The translations under genes were made by a program, and so were the position numbers. A DNA stretch of 63,671 bases, the filler included, from Octopus bimaculoides (taxonomy: Eukaryota), in NCBI RefSeq assembly GCF_001194135.2. It is 5 parts of 4 records of this genome, joined end to end, with 100 filler letters (N's around TTAATTAATTAA, not from the genome) between each part and the next. Parts side by side here need not be neighbours in the genome. Positions count along the whole stretch, not along the records: positions 35,189 to 56,769 come from NC_068983.1; positions 56,870 to 61,019 come from NW_026295624.1; positions 61,120 to 63,671 come from NC_068984.1; 2 more parts are not named here. One strand, given 5' to 3'. Below the pieces are notes generated by a model. The model ran no database searches and was not told where the DNA came from. It saw only the letters and a list, made by a program, of their open reading frames with translations. Below are positions 50,845 through 63,239 of this stretch, in pieces; within the stretch, counting starts at the first letter, position 1, and every line of letters begins with the position of its first letter.

Positions 50845-51801
50845 NNNNNNNNNNNNNNNNNNNNNNNNNNNNNNNNNNNNNNNNNNNNNNNNNNNNNNNN
50901 NNNNNNNNNNNNNNNNNNNNNNNNNNNNNNNNNNNNNNNNNNNNNNNNNNNNNNNNNNNNNNNNNNNNNNNNNNNNNNNNNNNNNNNNNNNNNNNNNNNN
51001 NNNNNNNNNNNNNNNNNNNNNNNNNNNNNNNNNNNNNNNNNNNNNNNNNNNNNNNNNNNNNNNNNNNNNNNNNNNNNNNNNNNNNNNNNNNNNNNNNNNN
51101 NNNNNNNNNNNNNNNNNNNNNNNNNNNNNNNNNNNNNNNNNNNNNNNNNNNNNNNNNNNNNNNNNNNNNNNNNNNNNNNNNNNNNNNNNNNNNNNNNNNN
51201 NNNNNNNNNNNNNNNNNNNNNNNNNNNNNNNNNNNNNNNNNNNNNNNNNTATGCATATATGTATATGCATGTGTGTGTGTGTGTATGCATGAACATGAGA
51301 CTATTTGTCTAAGTATTAATCTTCCTTTTCCTTCTACTTTCTTTTTGCCTCTAAGCAGTTATGACAGCGAAAGCTAATTAGGTCATTTTATCTAAACTGG
51401 AACACATGATTTCCATGTTCATATTTGAATCTTTTGCATTTCTATAATATTATTTGCTTTTATTCATTCTTGAACTGGATGGGTATATAACAATAAGCCA
51501 ACTGACTCTAAAAATCTCAAGTGATACTTCTTTATCAGTGTACCTGAAGGGACCCAGAGTGATGGCTCGAAACATATGTTGCACCTCATAAAAGTCTAAT
51601 ATGAACTCCGTCTCCTATAATTAATTAATACTATTATATATATATATATAGTGAAAGATATAAGTTAGAGGTAATGTAACCATCTAAGAGATAGATGTAT
51701 CCATAGGCACTCCTGCTATTACCTCAGTATGTATGGTCCTTGTTATAAGGTATACAGTAGTAGGTAATTTAAAAGGTAAAACCGTAGTTTAATATATATA
51801 A

Positions 51802-51947
51802 AGACGATGAGAAATGGAGCAATAAATAACAGTGAGAAGTGGATCTCTGTTGTTATTAAGTCATACTCTCATCTTAATTAAATAATGACTTTATAACACC
51901 AACGATCCACTTCTCAGTGTTATTTATTGCTCCATTTCTCATCGTCT
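51802..51947. mobile_element. Palindromic MITE in a TA tract
   Basis: 44-bp TIRs (51802-51845 and 51904-51947, one mismatch), flanked by (TA)n on both sides. Confidence 0.8.
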
Positions 51948-52049
51948 ATATATATATAGATCGGAAGANNNNNNNNNNNNNNNNNNNNNNNNNNNNNNNN
52001 NNNNNNNNNNNNNNNNNNNNNNNNNNNNNNNNNNNNNNNNNNNNCATAT

Positions 52050-52122
<73 letters not shown>

Positions 52123-52129
52123 TGTCACA

Positions 52130-52575
52130 CTCTTTTCACACTTTAGTACACTTAGCTACCCACGTACCCTTTTGTTCCTCTATCCTTACTCTCTCATATT
52201 CACCATGCACCTTGTGGGTATACCCAGATCACGTCTCTCTCTCTTTCTTCAGCTGGGGGAGCTATGTATTTGCCTCTTCAGCAAGATACCTTTTGCTCTC
52301 CCTCTATTATACTTTCCCTTCCTTCACTACTCTACAGTTGAGGGGGTTCTGGTCTTGCAAGTCACCTGGTGACCTCACCAGTGCTGGTGCCATGAAAATC
52401 ATCACTCTGTACACTCTCTAAAGTCTTTGGTGTAAGAAAGGGCACCCAGCTGTAAAAATCATACCAAAGCAGATATTGGTGATTGGTGCAGTCCTCTGGC
52501 TTGTAAGTTCCTATTGAAACCTCTAACCCATGCCAGCATGGAAAAGGGATGTTAAATAATAATGATGATGGTATA
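52130..52575 (+). mobile_element. 3' end of RTE-type LINE
   Basis: GGTGACCTCACCAGTGCTGGTGCCA...CCCATGCCAGCATGGAAA..ATGTTAAAT..GATGATG, similar to 42540-42840. Confidence 0.65.
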
Positions 52576-52761
52576 TATCTTCCATTTATTGTACTTGTGC
52601 ATAAGACTTTTACCCTTGCTGTAAGAAATGTATTGTATTTTTTGTGGGCCCCACCATGGCCAGTAAAGAAGGGGTTCTTGTTGCTTCTTCTGTTTGACAT
52701 TGTATTTCTATGATTTATTTCTCCCTTTAATTTTCGCTTCTTTTCTGGTATTATTTCATAG

Positions 52762-52873
52762 GTATTTGGAATTCTCTTCACAATTGGGATGAGGACCATT
52801 GTAAACCAAGCTTCTGTATTTGCAGCAAATCTCTCGATATGTATTGCCTTGCTTATTGGATTAATTCTCACAT
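52762..52873 (+). CDS. Candidate internal exon, possibly encoding two hydrophobic segments
   Basis: Long polypyrimidine tract ending TTTCATAG, and a GTAAGT donor. 112 nt. Frame 0 reads VFGILFTIGMRTIVNQASVFAANLSICIALLIGLILT; a second frame is also open. Confidence 0.4.
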
Positions 52874-52924
52874 GTAAGTTACTGTTTTGTGCAATTGATT
52901 GACATTTATTATTATGACACAGTT

Positions 52925-54800
52925 TTACATTCTGAGTTCAAATCATGCCAAAGTTTTCACCTTTCAACCTTTCAGGTTTGATAAAATAAGTCTCGGTTAA
53001 TCCCTGGGGGTCAATGTAATCAATTTCCCTTGAAAATTGTTGGCCTTGCGCCAAAATTAGAAAGAATTATGACATACTCATTACAACATTGAGAAAAATA
53101 CCTTGTAGTATTCCTTCTGGAATTTTATGTTTTGAAACAAATTGCCAAAGTAAACTTTACCTCTTTTCCTCCTCTGGAGGTTGATAAAACAGGGTAACAG
53201 TCAAGTACTAGGGTCAATATAGTTAACTATTTTCCCTCTTTCAAAAACTTTTCAGGCCTTGTGCTACTAACAGAATCATTGGTGTGTCAAACAAAGTGCT
53301 TCGTGTTATTTCTTTAGATTCTTTACGTTCTGAGTCCAAATCCTACCAGGGTCAGTTTTACTTTTCATTCTTTTGGTCCTGATAAAATAAAGTATAAGTC
53401 AAGTACTGGGGTCAATGGTTTCAACTTACTCTCCTACCCTCAAAATAGTTGGCCTTATGCTTAAACTAGAAACAATTATTATTATTATTTCATAAATGAA
53501 TTTGTCAATGGAGTGGTAGATTCATTAGAGAATATAAAAACAAAATATGCCTTGCACTATTTGGTTTTATCTTTTATCTTTTACTTGTTTCAGTCATTTG
53601 ACTGCAGCCATGCTGGGGCACCACAATTCAAATCCTATCAAGATCAGCTTAATTGTTTCTTCTTTCAGTGGTTGATGATATAAGTACCAAGCTATTTATA
53701 GAACTGGTTTAATCAACTGCTCCATCTACAAATACAATAAAAAGTATTTGCATCACCCTTCTGCCAATGCTATAAATCATAATTGGATTGGTCAATTCTG
53801 TAGAATGTTGGACAAAATATTTTGTAGTATATTTTGTTCTGGCCCTTTATTTTCTGAGTTCAAATCTCATCAAGATCAATGGTCAATAGAATAAAATGCC
53901 AGTCAAGTAATGTGGTCAAGTAAAGTGTTCCCCTATCTCAATATTTCTGGCCCTGTGCTTATGTTAGGAAATTAATAGGTTTGGACTGGTGAAATTCTTG
54001 GAGCATCAGATAAAAATGCCTTGTAGTATCTAGTTACAGCTCTTTATTTTCTGAGTTCAAACCCTGCTAGGGTCAATTTTGATAAAATGAAATCTAGTCA
54101 AGTACTAAGGTTGATATAGCTGATTACTCTACCTCCCTCGAGTCTGTGGTCTTGTGTCTGGGTCAGAAACTATTTGCTGAGGCTGAGTTCAAATCCTGTC
54201 ATGGTTAACTTTGCCTTTCATTCTTCTGAGTTCAGCTTCTGCCGAGGTTGACTTTGCCTTTCATCCTTTCCAGGTTGATAAAATAAGTACCAGTTGAGCA
54301 CTGGGATTGATGTAATTGACTTACCCCTCTGCTGAACTTGCTGTCCTTGTGCCAAATTTGAAACCAATATTTAGTTCTTTATAAGGCAGTGAGCTGGTAA
54401 AATCATTAGCATGCCAGGCAAAATGTTTAGCAGAATTTTGTCTGTCTTTACATTTTGAATTCAAATTCCACTGAGGTCCGTTTTTACCTATTATCCTTTT
54501 GGGGTTGATGAAATAAGTACTAGGAAAATACTGGTTTGATTTAATCAGCTATCACCCTACTGTCAGCTTTTGTCTTAACATTATGGTTAAATTAGCCTGG
54601 AGGCATTCTTGACCAAGTGAATACAGTTTCACTACATTTTCCTTACTTGTTGCTGTCTTTATAGCTCAACATGACAAAAGACTCATTAGAATATCAGACA
54701 GAACACCTTCCAGTATTTGTTCTGGCTTTTTGCATTCTGAGCCTAATTCTCTGAGGTCAACTTTGCTTTTTAAGCTTTTGACGTTGATAAATAAAGTCAC
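52925..54800 (+). mobile_element. Cluster of ~10 same-orientation decayed family B SINE fragments
   Basis: Recurrent TTCTGAGTTCAAAT...TTGATAAAAT..GTAC motif at roughly 150-300-bp spacing. Confidence 0.7.
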
Positions 54801-54879
54801 AGTTAAGATGGTGGATATTGGTGGAGTGTTCTGATAGTAATTGTGAGGATTGCATAATGTTTTGAGAGTTCTAGAGTGT

Positions 54880-55185
54880 CTCTCTTGCACAAGACTCCAT
54901 CAGTTTGGTAATACAGCTTGTGAGATTAACTGGACAGTAATTGACAAGCGATGTGTATTCAGCCTTTTTGAACAGGGGAATGATGCTGACAATTTTCCAT
55001 TGTTCTGGGGGTAACATAGTAACTGAGGTAGAATTGGAAAAGTAGACAAAGCTGATGCAGTAGACAGAGCCCACTTTATTTGAGAAGTAGATAAGTAACA
55101 TCAACAAGACCAAAGGAGGCACAGTCATGATAGTTTCAGAGGGAAGTGATTCTAGGAAAGGAAAATCAACCAATGTATTTATTTC
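54880..55185 (-). mobile_element. CR1/L2/Jockey-type RT fragment
   Basis: PEQWKIVSIIPLFKKAEYTSLVNYCPVNLTSCITKLMES matches the RT subdomain 1 consensus PxxWKxAxVxPIFKKG...NYRPISLTS..KLME. Confidence 0.8.
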
Positions 55186-55239
55186 AGAGAAAAGCAGAGG
55201 CTGTTGTGGTAGTGGTAAAGAAACAGAAAGAGATGGTTA

Positions 55240-55330
55240 GTAGTAATAGTAGTGGTGATGGTGGTGGTGTTGGTTGTAGTTGTAGTAGTAGTGGAAGTAG
55301 TGGTGGTGGTGGTTGTGATGGTGGTTGTAA

Positions 55331-55378
<48 letters not shown>

Positions 55379-55395
55379 CAGCAGCAGCAACAGCG
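55240..55395. repeat. (GTA)/(GGT)/(GCA) trinucleotide tract
   Basis: Read directly. Confidence 0.95.
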
Positions 55396-56704
55396 GTTGG
55401 TGTTGAATCTTTACCAGTTTGCCAGATGGCGTCTTTTTTGTTTCATTTTTGGGTCAAAAGCTCCAACATACCTACTCATTAATAGTGAATACCAGCAGCA
55501 TTTAGCTACGGAAAATGAAATTGTTTATGAACCTCCTAATTTGGAGATATATGTATTGATTATGGCTAGTATCTATGGAATTGCCTGTTAATCCCTGTTG
55601 GTGATATCTGTGAGGAATCCATGTTTTTCAGAGTATATGCTGTAGAATCTTATAAGAAACTATGTCATGTCCTGTTTAGATTTCTTATTTATTCAGGCAT
55701 GGATGTCTATCTAAGAAATCAGCTTTGCAACCATGTCACTCTTGTTTTGATTCCAGTATGTCACAGCCTGGGCAAATGGCTTCTACCACAGCCTCAGTTT
55801 AATCAATACTTTGTGAACAGAATTTAATAGATGAAAACGGTTTGACATGAATAATTGATCTATATGGAACATGATATACTTTCTGATAAGGAGATTGTGC
55901 TGCAAATATTCAGAAAAATATAGAGCATTATTGGTATTTCATTCATGCCTACACCCTTATAAAGTTTTTGAAGTTAATTTGTGATACCATATTTATTCAT
56001 GTATAATACACATTTGTGCATAACTTAAACCACCTATTATTAACAGTGATATCCTGGGACAAATTCTTTTGTGTTTACTTTGCACTGTCTTTATTATTAC
56101 AACGTATGGGAAGAGGAGTTTAGTCAGATTTATTATAACTACTGTATAAACTACACTCTAGAAGTTCTAACAAATTTGAAAATGGTCTTGGAACTTTACC
56201 AGTAAGTTATAAATAGGCATCTGCTGTAAAGTCAGCATTGTGGAAATCACATAATCAGGAGTTTTCTAGAAAATCAATTTGATTTAAATAATACTAGTGT
56301 ACTCAACTAAGTTTATGTTACTGTTCAGTTTAATATATTTCATTTAAGTATGGATTTTATTTAAAAAAAGAAGACTTTTCTAACTTTATTATGCATTTTT
56401 TAAAAACCAATCTTTGGATTTTTATGTTTAAATGTCAGACATTCCGGATCTGACTATCTTTAATCAACTGATCAATGGTCGTTCTTTGTGTTACTTGTCC
56501 TGTTTTCCATCATCACATTATTACTGTTATCACCAGTGTTGCTATCATCTTCATCATCGTAACTACTCAACCTCTTGTGGAAGGGGCATGTTTCACTGGA
56601 TATCTGTTCCAGCCACTGTCAGCACCCTCTGTAAGGTGAGTTATGACCTCAGTTTGACCAAAGCCTTGTTAGTGAATTTGCTAGATGGAAACTAAAAGAG
56701 ACCC

Positions 56705-56769
<65 letters not shown>

Positions 56770-56869
56770 NNNNNNNNNNNNNNNNNNNNNNNNNNNNNNN
56801 NNNNNNNNNNNNNTTAATTAATTAANNNNNNNNNNNNNNNNNNNNNNNNNNNNNNNNNNNNNNNNNNNN

Positions 56870-57470
56870 GGCAAACAAATAGCCAACTCTTTTTCAATAA
56901 TGTCTTTGTTGAAGAGGGTTAAGGCATTGCGTGACCTACAATAGGTCCGCATGACCACTGTCCTCTTCTCCATTTCTTTCAACCACTGCTTGGGTGGGCA
57001 CAGTTCCCACTCCAAGACAGTGTTGTTCTTTTTTGCCATGCCTTCAAAAGTTTAAAAAAAAAACAAAGAAAAGTTCGAACCAAAAAGTTCACAATAAAAA
57101 TAAATAAATAAATAAAAAGGAACAGAAAGACAGAGCAGAGAAAAAGAAGGAAGGAAGACAGTTTGATGCACAGCAACACAATTCCGGGCACTCGGTAATC
57201 CTAGCAGGTATTCCAGTAAAGGCAATCCACAGCAACAGGAACAGAGAAATCCTTAGAATTTTTTCGTCAAGTCTTTCGGAGGCGAGATACGCCCACAAAA
57301 AGCGACGGTTCTCTCCATTATGTGAGACACAAAAAGTTTTTTCACAAAAAATTCTCAGTCCGCTCTCATGGTGAGTCGAACACACCCACCAATAACAGTG
57401 AACGAGAACACAATTTGCTCACTATAAAATGAACAACAAATACAGCCGCCGTGGCAGAAGAAATTGCCCA
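56870..57470 (-). mobile_element. Probable 5' end (UTR plus ORF1 start) of a non-LTR retrotransposon
   Basis: ORF MAKKNNTVLEWELCPPKQWLKEMEKRTVVMRTYCRSRNALTLFNKDIIEKELAICL runs into the gap and follows a CpG-containing, pyrimidine-rich leader. The ORF1 assignment is inferred. Confidence 0.4.
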
Positions 57471-58333
57471 GAGCTAGGCTAAATTTACTGAAACAAATTA
57501 AACACAATAAATTATACCCAGCTCAAAAAACCAATTCCACCTACCTCGGTCGACTTCACAATTTTCAATTTCTGGACGGCACTCACACACGTCCACAATG
57601 TTCAATAGCAAGAAGGACTAACTCTCCAATACCGGAAGCAAGCTTCTTACCATACGGCCACACCTGTGCCTTTCTAGAACTTATTTTACAAACCAAGAAG
57701 AAAAGAAATGTAAAATTCTGGTGGGTTAGAACTCTGAGTAACATACAAAGACAGAACTAAATACTGGACCATTCCCCATCTATTTAGATAAGTAGTTTTA
57801 GACCAGGGTTCATATAAGAATTGGTTGACAAAGTTCATGTGCAATAAACTGGTTATTCTTCTACAATACATAAAATATTTTAACAGGCATAGATGTGACA
57901 ATGAAACATTACCACTTCTGAGGTGTAATANNNNNNNNNNNNNNNNNNNNNNNNNNNNNNNNNNNNNNNNNNNNNNNNNNNNNNNNNNNNNNNNNNNNNN
58001 NNNNNNNNNNNNNNNNNNNNNNNNNNNNNNNNNNNNNNNNNNNNNNNNNNNNNNNNNNNNNNNNNNNNNNNNNNNNNNNNNNNNNNNNNNNNNNNNNNNN
58101 NNNNNNNNNNNNNNNNNNNNNNNNNNNNNNNNGAACCTTGGTCATCTTCGAAAGTGACAGGTGAACAACATTCTGCAGTCATTGCTGTATTAGCTACTTT
58201 GGTCCACACCCCCACAAAAGAGCAAAGCATATTTATTAAAGTTTTTTTTTTAAATGCGGAGGAAAAAGCAAACTTTTCTGCAACTAAATTATACTGGAGC
58301 ATAGGTGACTGATGGGAGAGTGAGAGGCGGGGT

Positions 58334-58705
58334 CTAATTAATTAACAATAACTGTTTTCCAGTCATACAGGAAAGGGTTATTCAGCACCTAACATTGGAC
58401 CTTGTTGACATAATTTGAGATTGGCATTTTCACCATTGACCAGCTATAGACTAAAAGCATTACCTTTTTAACCATGTAATCCTATTGGGTTTCACATCAT
58501 GGTGCAGATACAGAAGACTGTTGCATCCTTTGTTTTTAAAGATGACGGACGACTACTTGGGCTATTATTTTCTTCGACACACTTGGGTTGACCAATGTCT
58601 TGTAATAATAATTTAATGGGCAGAAACCGCATGGAAACTTGAAAGTTTGCAAAAAAAATGGTGATGTGTCAGTGTGTATGTGTGCATGCACACAAATTTG
58701 TTTAC
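58334..58705. repeat. Left arm of >=372-bp inverted repeat (partner 60649-61019)
   Basis: Reverse-complement match with about a dozen differences. The right arm ends at a gap. Confidence 0.92.
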
Positions 58706-58831
58706 ATTACAGCACCAAACATTGTTGGTGTTCTTTAGATCAATGGTTCCAGTCTTCCAACTGACATTGCCAGTCTTTTGAGTATAATACTTAATGGAAC
58801 CAGACCATTCAAGTGTATCTGGAAGCTTCAT
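58613..58831 (-). pseudogene. Inverted, truncated copy of the USP37-like exon fused to the inverted repeat
   Basis: 58706-58848 is the reverse complement of 59073-59215 (2 mismatches). Encodes MKLPDTLEWSGSIKYYTQKTGNVSWKTGTIDLKNTNNVWCCN, then 30 unrelated residues. Confidence 0.65.
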
Positions 58832-59089
58832 ACTGATGGTGCTAGGTGAATGAGCTGCAATTCTCGGTTTTCCTTTCCTCGACTGCGAGTCCGTCTTGCG
58901 GTATCCGATCCTTGAAGCTTGCCCCGACCCAAGGTACACCAGGTATAGCAGCTGCNNNNNNNNNNTTTCCTTTCCTCGACTGCGAGTCCGTCTTGCGGTA
59001 TCCGATCCTTGAAGCTTGCCCCGACCCAAGGTACACCAGGTATAGCAGCTGCTTCTCCCAAACCTAGACCGTCACCTAGCACCATCAGT

Positions 59090-59236
59090 ATGAAGCTTCC
59101 AGATACACTTGAATGGTCTGGTTCCATTAAGTATTATACTCAAAAGACTGGCAATATCAGTTGGAAGACTGGAACCCTTGATCTAAAGAACACCAACAAT
59201 GTTTGGTGCTGTAATGTGACGTTGAGTACCAATAAG
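59090..59236 (+). CDS. USP37: Putative first coding exon of a USP37-like deubiquitinase (N-terminal PH-like domain)
   Basis: LEWSGSIKYYTQKTGNISWKTGTLDLKNTNNVWCCNV aligns without gaps to the human USP37 N-terminus as I recall it (LKIHGPIRIRSMQTGITKWKEGSFEIVEKENKVSLVV). G-x-I, TG-x3-WK-x-G and the hydrophobic spacing are conserved. Possible phase-0 donor AAG|GTTTAC. Not database-verified. Confidence 0.55.
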
Positions 59237-59439
59237 GTTTACCCAGCTATAACATTTAAGTCGATTCGTTCAAACATCAATTTTTAAGAAACGGCTTCTT
59301 CTGGAATTTGCTGGTGGGCTAGGTGAATGAGCTGCAATTCTCGGTTTTCCTTTCCTCGACTGCGAGTCCGTCTTGCGGTATCCGATCCTTGAAGCTTGCC
59401 CCGACCCAAGGTATAGCAGCTGCTTCTCCCAAACCTAGA

Positions 59440-59580
59440 CCGTCGCTTAACACGTCTTATCCTGACCGCAGCCCCGTTCGAAAAGGTCACGAACGCCGAT
59501 CGAGGCTCCCTCTGCCCTGTTTCCCCTTCCGGTCGACTCGCGCTTCCGGTCAGCCTCCCCAGACACTGACGTCATACCAT
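59440..59580. promoter_or_regulatory. CpG-rich promoter-like island with two ETS motifs and a CRE
   Basis: ~16 CpG in ~135 bp. CCGGAAG on the minus strand at 59526-59532 and 59543-59549. TGACGTCA at 59567-59574. Confidence 0.6.
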
Positions 59581-61387
59581 ATAGATAACAAGGATTAGGA
59601 CTTTCAGAGATGTAAGAAAGGCACATTCAAAACTACGTGCAGTTTTAAAACATATAAAGAATTAAATGTTTCAAGTAAAATATAATTTCATACAGTATAA
59701 TTTCCTTAAACTTTTATAAACTTCCAACTGTTTTGCAGTTTTCAAAATAATCGTGGAACTTCCATGGGTATTGCTAGTTTGCATAACTATTTATCATCGC
59801 TGAACATCACTAATTTCCTTTGATTCTACAGTTTTCCGGTGAAAATTATTAGGAATTACACGATAAGTCATAACATTCAATAATCTCAGGCGATAGTTGC
59901 ATTGAAAACTATAGTCTATGCACAAGCTTGGATAATAATTGTGTACGTATTTTTCTTTAGGAACTTATTTGGTATATCACCGATTTAAAATCGGTCATTA
60001 TTGCTATTTATGTTGTGTTGTCTTTAAATGCTCATGGCAGAAATATTTAGTAGAATGAAGACTGCGTAAATACACAAGGAAGGTAAGGCTGTATTGATAA
60101 TCTTGAACATGTTTGTGAAAGAAAGAAAAATATGTTAAAAAATCTAGTTAGCTAGTCTGTCTTGTAAAATGTTTACTAAGCACGTGTTTTAAACTTGTGT
60201 TACATTCATAGCAATAATGTCTATTATTTGTTTCCAAGCATATATCCTTGTAGATAAATAAGAAAACATACAACGAGATATTTCGAATCAATGAAGTAGC
60301 CTCTACATGCTAGATATAACAGCCACATTTTCTCAAAATATCCTATCGTGGTGAAAAGGAACCACATGTAGCATACAGGCGCAATAGTGTCCCCCACCAC
60401 CTTTGTTTTTTTTATAACTTTCAGGATATTTTTTTTATGAAATTTTCTCCAAAAACGTATCAGATGCTGTAGATTCCAATTGTATCGGAATTTGTTGTGG
60501 AAAATTTCCGGAGAGGAGTTAGGTAAATCCTCAGGAGTCTGTTTTTGTTTTCTCATGACTTTCAGAAAAATGCGTATTCTTTTAATGAAATTTTCTGCGA
60601 ATATCTTTCAGATTGTGTAGATTATATCAGAATTTACTAACGAAAAAAGTAAACAAATTTGTGTGCATGCCCGCATACACACTGACACATCACCATTTAT
60701 TTGCAAAATTTCAAGTTTCCATGCGGTTTCTGCCCATCAAATTATTATTACAAGACATTGGTCAACCCAAGTGTGTCGAAGAAAATAATAGCCCAAGTAG
60801 TCGTCCGTCATCTTTAAAAACAAAGGATTCAACAGTCTTCTGTATCTGCACCATGATGTGAAACCCAATAGAACTACATGGTTAAAAAGGTAATGCCTTT
60901 AGTCTATAGCTGGTCAATGGTGAAAATGCCAATCTCAAATTATGTCAAAAAGGTCCAATGTTAGGTGGGGAATAACCCTTTCCTGTATGACTGGAAAACA
61001 GTTATTGTTAATTAATTAGNNNNNNNNNNNNNNNNNNNNNNNNNNNNNNNNNNNNNNNNNNNNTTAATTAATTAANNNNNNNNNNNNNNNNNNNNNNNNN
61101 NNNNNNNNNNNNNNNNNNNTATATATATATATATATATAGTCACTACGAGGATATATTGTCCTCGTAAAGGGACACTGGTTTAATATCTTATATTGTTGA
61201 GAAATATTTCTTCAATATAAAGAGGTATATTATAAATATCAAAATATCAAATATTATTTAGTAAGAAATGAAGAGTTTAAATGCATATAAATTAATTTAT
61301 TAACCTTTCTTAATAATATTTTTAATACAGCCTACAATTCTTTCAATTTACACTCAATACAAATTACAAACCTATAGAATAAACTAA

Positions 61388-62965
<1,578 letters not shown>

Positions 62966-63239
62966 GATTGTTTTGGTTATTTAAGTGAAAAATTTGATTG
63001 ACATTCTATACTGAATATCAATTTGCAAATCTTTGCAGCCACTTTAATAAAACAGTGTGTGTGTGTGTGTAAATATATTTACAATTTAGATTAGTTGAAA
63101 TATGTTTGTCACGTATTTCAACTAACCTAAATTGTGATTATACGTAAACACTGCTTAGTGCATTTACTCCAATATAAATATATGTGCATATACGTACATG
63201 TATGTACATACCTACATCTACATGTATATATAGATGCAT

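Noticed and set aside
2814-51377. Long ORF-track entries containing X runs or YI/VC/HT/ER/SL repeats
   Set aside because: They read through N gaps and microsatellites and are not proteins.
55426-55510. Possible terminal exon continuing the 52762 exon (YGVFFVSFLGQKLQ...)
   Set aside because: Phase-compatible, but the acceptor is modest and abuts a microsatellite; no independent support.
58866-59052. Tandem copy of segment C across a 10-N gap
   Set aside because: Identical overlap at contig ends, so counted as one copy. The separate C' copy with a 9-bp indel is retained as real.
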